Shown: in pieces, positions 35,433 through 39,748 of the stretch | Layout of the letters: each line of letters starts with the position of its first letter | Position numbering within the stretch: position 1 is the stretch's first letter | NCBI GenBank assembly: GCA_937889705.1 | Contig: CALBYO010000129.1 | Location: 1-39,748 of the forward strand | Length of the DNA: 39,748 bases | Direction: 5' to 3' | DNA from: an uncultured Bacillota bacterium | Lineage (GTDB): Bacteria; Bacillota; Clostridia; Christensenellales; UBA1242 | Notes under the pieces: model-generated | Databases searched by the model: none | What the model was told of the DNA's origin: nothing | What the model saw: the letters and a program-made list of their open reading frames with translations, nothing else | Translations under genes and position numbers: made by a program

Positions 35433-36113
35433 ATGAGTAAAGGTAAAAGATATAATCAAGTTGCTTCTATGGTAGACAGCACAAACGCATACGATGTTCC
35501 AGAAGCACTTGAAATCATCACAAACGGCGCAAAAGCAAAGTTTGACGAAACAGTTGAAGCACATTTCAGACTTGGTGTTGATGGCAGAAATGCTGACCAA
35601 CAAGTTAGAGGCGTTGTTGTTCTTCCACACGGAACAGGTAAATCTGTTAAAGTTTTAGTTATCGCAAAAGGTGACAAAGCAAAAGAAGCTCAGGAAGCTG
35701 GTGCAGATTTCGTTGGTGCAGAAGAAATGGTTCAAAAAATCTTGACAGAAAACTGGTTCGGATTTGACGTTTGTATCACAACTCCTGATATGATGGGTGT
35801 TGTTGGTAGAATCGCTCGTGTTTTAGGACCAAAAGGCTTGATGCCAAATCCTAAGAGCGGAACTGTTACAATGGACGTTAAAAAAGCTATTAACGATGTT
35901 AAAGCTGGTAAAGTTGAATATAGGCTTGACAAAACAAACAATGTTCACGTTGTAATTGGTAAAGTAAGTTTCGGGAAAGATAAACTTGTAGAAAACTACG
36001 AAACAATCTATAACGCAATTGTAAAAGCAAAACCTGCTGCTGCAAAAGGAACATACATTAAAAATGCTAGTGTTTCATCAACAATGGGACCTGGAATTAA
36101 AGTTAAAGCTTAA
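35433..36113 (+). CDS. rplA: 50S ribosomal protein L1
   Basis: Typical L1 sequence ([35 protein letters not shown]). 226 aa. Confidence 0.95.
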   Translation: MSKGKRYNQVASMVDSTNAYDVPEALEIITNGAKAKFDETVEAHFRLGVDGRNADQQVRGVVVLPHGTGKSVKVLVIAKGDKAKEAQEAGADFVGAEEMVQKILTENWFGFDVCITTPDMMGVVGRIARVLGPKGLMPNPKSGTVTMDVKKAINDVKAGKVEYRLDKTNNVHVVIGKVSFGKDKLVENYETIYNAIVKAKPAAAKGTYIKNASVSSTMGPGIKVKA

Positions 36114-36120
36114 CAAGAGC

Positions 36121-36152
36121 AAAAAGCACTCAGTAAAATGAGTGCTTTTTTT
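36121..36152. terminator. Bidirectional terminator after rplA
   Basis: aaaaagcactca-gtaaaa-tgagtgcttttttt. Confidence 0.75.
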
Positions 36153-36516
36153 ATGAAAAGATGGCTTTGAGAATTATGCCAACAATAAAGGAAAGAACGG
36201 CAAGTCCGATTGTGCGATATACTAACATTCGGGCTTGTTTTTTCTCTTTTTGAAGGTCTTTTTTGAATAAATGTCCCTTAGATTTTAGCGATGTGCAATA
36301 TATTGTGCCTTTTTTGCTGTCTGAGGCGACAAAGTCGATATAACTATCTTTTTGCAGGCTTTGCATGATGTCATCGAGTTCGGAAAGTGAAAGGGCGTGT
36401 TTTTTATCTGACACAAATTTGATAATTTCTTCGGCAGCAATAAGATGCGAACTTCTATCCGCACAAACATCAAAAAGATAGGACATAACTAATTTTTCTT
36501 TTTGGTCAAGTAGCAT
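36151..36516 (-). CDS. Hypothetical membrane-anchored protein with a winged-helix-like N-terminal domain (121 aa)
   Basis: Soluble N-terminal domain of about 85 aa, a basic linker (KKDLQKEKKQAR), and a C-terminal TM segment (LVYRTIGLAVLSFIVGIILKAIF). No family recognised. Confidence 0.5.
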   Translation of the reverse strand: MLLDQKEKLVMSYLFDVCADRSSHLIAAEEIIKFVSDKKHALSLSELDDIMQSLQKDSYIDFVASDSKKGTIYCTSLKSKGHLFKKDLQKEKKQARMLVYRTIGLAVLSFIVGIILKAIFS

Positions 36517-36570
36517 CTAAATTATTATTAGCAAAATTGCAGAAAAATTTCCTTTCAGTTGAAAATATAG

Positions 36571-36599
36571 TTGACAGAAAGGGCTATTTCAGATATAAT
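36571..36599 (+). promoter_or_regulatory. rpmH operon promoter (TTGACA-17-TATAAT)
   Basis: TTGACA at 36571-36576 and TATAAT at 36594-36599. Confidence 0.7.
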
Positions 36600-36633
36600 T
36601 AACCGAACTTTTAAATTTATATGGAGGTAAAAA

Positions 36634-36768
36634 ATGAAAAGAACATATCAACCAAAGAAGCGTCAAAGAAGCAAAGTTCATGGATTCCGTGCAAGAATGA
36701 AAACACAAGGCGGAAGAAATGTTATTAAAAGACGCAGAAACAGAGGCAGAAAAAATTTAGCTGCATAA
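36634..36768 (+). CDS. rpmH: 50S ribosomal protein L34
   Basis: Not in the ORF track (44 aa): [49 protein letters not shown] Shine-Dalgarno. Confidence 0.93.
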   Translation: MKRTYQPKKRQRSKVHGFRARMKTQGGRNVIKRRRNRGRKNLAA

Positions 36769-36786
36769 AGTTAGGAGGGCGAAAAA

Positions 36787-37131
36787 ATGTTAAAAAAAGA
36801 AAATCGCCTTAAAAAGAACAGTCAATTTTCATACATCTACAAGCATGGTCAAACGAAACATACCCCTATATTGTCCCTTAGTTTTGTTAAAACACAATAT
36901 AAACCTTTCAAAGTTGGCTTCACAGTTAGCAAGAAAATCGGCAAAAGCGTTGTGAGAAGCAAGGTTAAGCGCAGATTGCGTGAAGCATTTAGGTTATTAA
37001 TTGATAAAGTTAATGAAAATTATAACTACATTTTTATTGCTAGACCTGGAATTGAAAATGCTAATTTCCAAGAGATTCAACAGACTATGATAAGTCTTTT
37101 GGAAAAGGCAAATTTGATAACTAAAAGTTGA
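36787..37131 (+). CDS. rnpA: Ribonuclease P protein component
   Basis: 114 aa basic protein directly after rpmH. RNR-like motif VVRSKVKRRLRE. AGGAGG Shine-Dalgarno. Confidence 0.88.
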   Translation: MLKKENRLKKNSQFSYIYKHGQTKHTPILSLSFVKTQYKPFKVGFTVSKKIGKSVVRSKVKRRLREAFRLLIDKVNENYNYIFIARPGIENANFQEIQQTMISLLEKANLITKS

Positions 37132-37167
37132 AAATTATAAGACAAATTGTCTTAATTTGATATATTA

Positions 37168-37443
37168 ATGAATAAATTTTTAAAAATCATAAGTTTTCCA
37201 TTTAAAGCGTTTTTAATTGCTTTAATTTATTGCTATAAATGGTTTATAAGTCCAATTTTGCCAAATGTGTGTAGGTTCACACCTAGTTGTTCGACCTACG
37301 CCGTGCAAGCAATAAAAGAATTTGGATTTTTTAAAGGTAGTTATATCGCATTTAAGCGGCTTTGTAGATGTGTGCCTAATGGAAAGAGTGGGTTTGACCC
37401 AATTCCGCTCAATATTAAAGGAGATTTAAAATGGCTTATTTAG
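37168..37443 (+). CDS. yidD: Membrane protein insertion efficiency factor YidD
   Basis: CRFTPSCSTYAVQAIKEFG...RLCRC.P....GFDPIP signature. Confidence 0.85.
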   Translation: MNKFLKIISFPFKAFLIALIYCYKWFISPILPNVCRFTPSCSTYAVQAIKEFGFFKGSYIAFKRLCRCVPNGKSGFDPIPLNIKGDLKWLI

Positions 37444-38660
37444 CGTCAAAACTTTTAGGGGCTGTTAGTCAGCCTAACGGAGTTTGGGAAAAGATAATAA
37501 TGGCATTCCACAATGGAATTCACAATTACGCGTGGGCTATTATTGTTTTTACAATAGTTTTAAAAGTTATTTTGTTGCCACTCGATTTTTTAAACAAATA
37601 TGTAACAGCAAAAAACGCAAAAGTTCAAAAAGCTATTCAACCTGAGCTTGAAAAAATTCAAAAGCAATATGGCAATAACAAACAAATTATCAATCAAAAG
37701 ACGATGGAACTTTACAAAAAGAACAATTACAGCGTAACAGGTTCATGCGTCGTGATGTTGATAAACATGGCATTAACTTTAACGATTTTCATTACATTGT
37801 TCAGCGGCTTAAACTCAATGGCTGCATATAAAGTTCAATATCAATATAATGAAATTCAAAAGAGTTATTATTCAGTTGAAGATTATAGCAACGACAATCT
37901 TGCTGAAAGATACAAATATTATTTCAACGAGTTTGCTAGTTTTGATGAAAACTTGAATGAAGAAGGCAAAATCAAAGACGAAGCAGCAGCAAAAGCTTAT
38001 GCTATGGATAAAGTCAAAGCTGAAATCGCAACATACAACAACGAAGAAAACAATGCAAACGCGCTCCAAAGATACGGCGAAGTAAAAGAAAGTTGGCTTT
38101 GGATAGACAATATTTGGAAGTCAGATACGCCTTGGACAAACTCAGTTGCAACATTTAAGGAATACTCAAATAGCGCAAGAGCAACGTTTAAAGATGTTGA
38201 AATCAAAAACGATGCTGACGAGCAAATTGGAACTCTTACTGCTGACGATTTGAAGTCTTTGGCAGAAGCAGAATACAATCAAATTATGGATCCAATTCGT
38301 GAGTCTGCCGGCAGAGCAAATGGTTACTTAATCGTTGTTATCTTGGCAGCAGGTTTGAATTTAATTTCACTTCTCGCTTCGCAAGGAAAACTTAAATTTA
38401 AGAGAAAGAAAAAGACAACTCTTGAAGAAGAACCAAAGCAAAAACAACCAGGTGGCTGGCTCATGTTGGTGCTTCTTCCAGCAATCATGATTTATATCAC
38501 TTTGATTTACAACGCAGTGTTCGGTCTTTACATCTTTGTAAGTTCACTTGTCACAACAGCGGCAACGCCACTTATCAACTGGCTAATCAATGTAATTGAC
38601 AAGAAAAAGCAAGCGAAAAAAGATAAAGAAGTGACTGTATCATACAGTAGAAAAAAATAA
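37431..38660 (+). CDS. yidC: YidC/Oxa1 family membrane insertase with a large inserted loop and a basic C-terminal tail
   Basis: YAWAIIVFTIVLKVILLPL, QPELEKIQKQY and ELYKKNNYS core motifs. Overlaps yidD by 13 nt. AAAGGAG Shine-Dalgarno. K-rich C-terminus. Confidence 0.85.
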   Translation: MAYLASKLLGAVSQPNGVWEKIIMAFHNGIHNYAWAIIVFTIVLKVILLPLDFLNKYVTAKNAKVQKAIQPELEKIQKQYGNNKQIINQKTMELYKKNNYSVTGSCVVMLINMALTLTIFITLFSGLNSMAAYKVQYQYNEIQKSYYSVEDYSNDNLAERYKYYFNEFASFDENLNEEGKIKDEAAAKAYAMDKVKAEIATYNNEENNANALQRYGEVKESWLWIDNIWKSDTPWTNSVATFKEYSNSARATFKDVEIKNDADEQIGTLTADDLKSLAEAEYNQIMDPIRESAGRANGYLIVVILAAGLNLISLLASQGKLKFKRKKKTTLEEEPKQKQPGGWLMLVLLPAIMIYITLIYNAVFGLYIFVSSLVTTAATPLINWLINVIDKKKQAKKDKEVTVSYSRKK

Positions 38661-38670
38661 GGAGAAAATT

Positions 38671-39498
38671 ATGTTATTCGAATTTGAAGCAACAGGCAAA
38701 AATATAGAAAAAGCGATTGAAAATGCTTTGTTTGAATTAAAAGCAGTTCGTGACGATGTTGACATCAAAATTTTGGAACAAGGCGGATTATTCAAAAAAG
38801 CAAGAGTTCTTGTTACAATCTCGGAAGACGCAAGAGATAAATATATCAAACGCGAACAAGTTAGAAACTTGGACGAAGAAGTTGAAAGCGTAGAAGAAGT
38901 TGTTGAAGAAATCGCAGAAAATGTTGAAGAAGCGATTGAAGAAATAGAACAAGAAATAACAAAAGAAGAAAAGAAACAAATCAAAGAAGAACAAAAAGAA
39001 GCCAAAAAAGCGGAAAAAGAAGAAGTTAAAAGAGCGAAAAAGAGCGAAAAATTAACTGCTGAAAAATTTGTTGAAGGATTTGTTAAAGTTAGCGGCTGCG
39101 GCAACGAAGTTACTTCTGTTAGAAACGATGAAGAAGTAAGAATGGTAATCGGTGGCGAAAAAGCATCTGACTTGATCGGCTATCGCGGCGAATGTATGAA
39201 TGCGTTGCAATATATCGCATCAGTAATTGAAAACGAAAATGCAGATAGAAAAACTCGCGTTATACTTGATATTGAAGGATACAGGGAACGCAGAGAAGAA
39301 ACTTTGAAAGCACTTGCACAAAGAATGGCTAAAAAAGTTTTGAAAACAGGCAAATCTGCAAAACTTGAACCTATGTGTGCAAATGATAGAAGAATAATTC
39401 ACACAGAACTTGCAGAAGTTGAAGGGGTTTCAACAATCAGTAAAGGAACTGAACCAAACAGATATTTGGTAATTCTTCCAGAAAAGAAAGATGCTTAA
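38671..39498 (+). CDS. khpB: Jag/KhpB RNA-binding protein (Jag_N, KH, R3H) with an E/K-rich insert
   Basis: N-terminal Jag domain (EATGKNIEKAIENAL), KH-like GYRGECMNALQYI, R3H motif NDRRIIHTEL. Located after yidC. Confidence 0.85.
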   Translation: MLFEFEATGKNIEKAIENALFELKAVRDDVDIKILEQGGLFKKARVLVTISEDARDKYIKREQVRNLDEEVESVEEVVEEIAENVEEAIEEIEQEITKEEKKQIKEEQKEAKKAEKEEVKRAKKSEKLTAEKFVEGFVKVSGCGNEVTSVRNDEEVRMVIGGEKASDLIGYRGECMNALQYIASVIENENADRKTRVILDIEGYRERREETLKALAQRMAKKVLKTGKSAKLEPMCANDRRIIHTELAEVEGVSTISKGTEPNRYLVILPEKKDA

Positions 39499-39515
39499 TA
39501 ATAGAAAATAATTTT

Positions 39516-39552
39516 GACAACCTATCTTTTAAGGTAGGTTGTTATTTTTTTT
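39516..39552 (+). terminator. Rho-independent terminator after jag
   Basis: gacaacctatc-ttttaa-ggtaggttgtt plus a T8 run. Confidence 0.7.
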
Positions 39553-39748
39553 GGCAACATTGTTGTCTTTTTTTGTTCAAATTGGTCAATTTTGGGACAA
39601 AAAGGTGCCGCGGGCACAAAAATTTGCTACCTTGTAGCATTTTTGGCTTGAAAATGGAGCAATTTGTTTAGAAAATTTTTATTTTTTAAAAAATTTTTCA
39701 AAAAAATCGAAAAAACACCTCAAAATGCTTGACATACCCCCCCCCCCC

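Noticed and set aside
38640-39104. 154-aa minus-strand ORF antisense to jag and the yidC end
   Set aside because: It is a Ser/Phe/Leu low-complexity translation of the complement of the GAA-rich linker in jag. It has no Shine-Dalgarno and fully overlaps a well-supported gene.
39553-39736. oriC call for the AT-rich tail next to the rpmH-jag block
   Set aside because: There are no recognisable DnaA boxes and no dnaA or dnaN gene in the window. The sequence is truncated by the contig end. It is retained only as a low-interest note.
39737-39748. Run of 12 C at the very end of the window
   Set aside because: A homopolymer at a contig terminus is typical of poly-G/poly-C sequencing or assembly artefacts. 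There is no biological context to support it.

Overview
AT-rich, gene-dense bacterial contig end, most consistent with a low-GC Bacillota lineage. All long conserved genes are uninterrupted under the standard code and Trp is always TGG, so there is no sign of TGA=Trp recoding. Most of the window is housekeeping. It holds a tRNA-fMet/Met/Glu cluster, hisS followed by tRNA-His, and typA. rseP and a SipW-type signal peptidase lie on the minus strand. These are followed by frr-uppS-cdsA-comFC, leuS, recD2, rpmG-secE-nusG-rplK-rplA and rpmH-rnpA-yidD-yidC-jag. Lineage-specific envelope genes are interspersed among these. They are a 5'-truncated BspA-type LRR protein, a TasA/SipW-substrate-like secreted protein with an extra C-terminal domain, a small membrane protein, a Sel1-like/coiled-coil protein, a membrane-anchored alpha/beta hydrolase, a DUF5050-like beta-propeller lipoprotein, and a minus-strand operon of a G1PDH-like protein, a small secreted protein and an M23 peptidase. 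The stand-out feature is one uninterrupted ORF of about 9.75 kb (3,248 aa from the best start). It encodes an N-terminally anchored, apparently non-repetitive giant protein with no family I can recognise by eye, and it has its own consensus promoter behind a 235-bp extremely AT-rich region. Secondary oddities are a 52-bp duplication of the tRNA-Glu 3' end plus terminator around a 160-bp structured insert, missing T-box leaders on hisS and leuS, an elongated SecE, and an unusual junction from rplA to rpmH. I saw no CRISPR array, rRNA, transposase or integrase. The terminal poly-C run looks like an assembly or sequencing artefact. All functional calls rest on motif recognition by eye, because no searches could be run.
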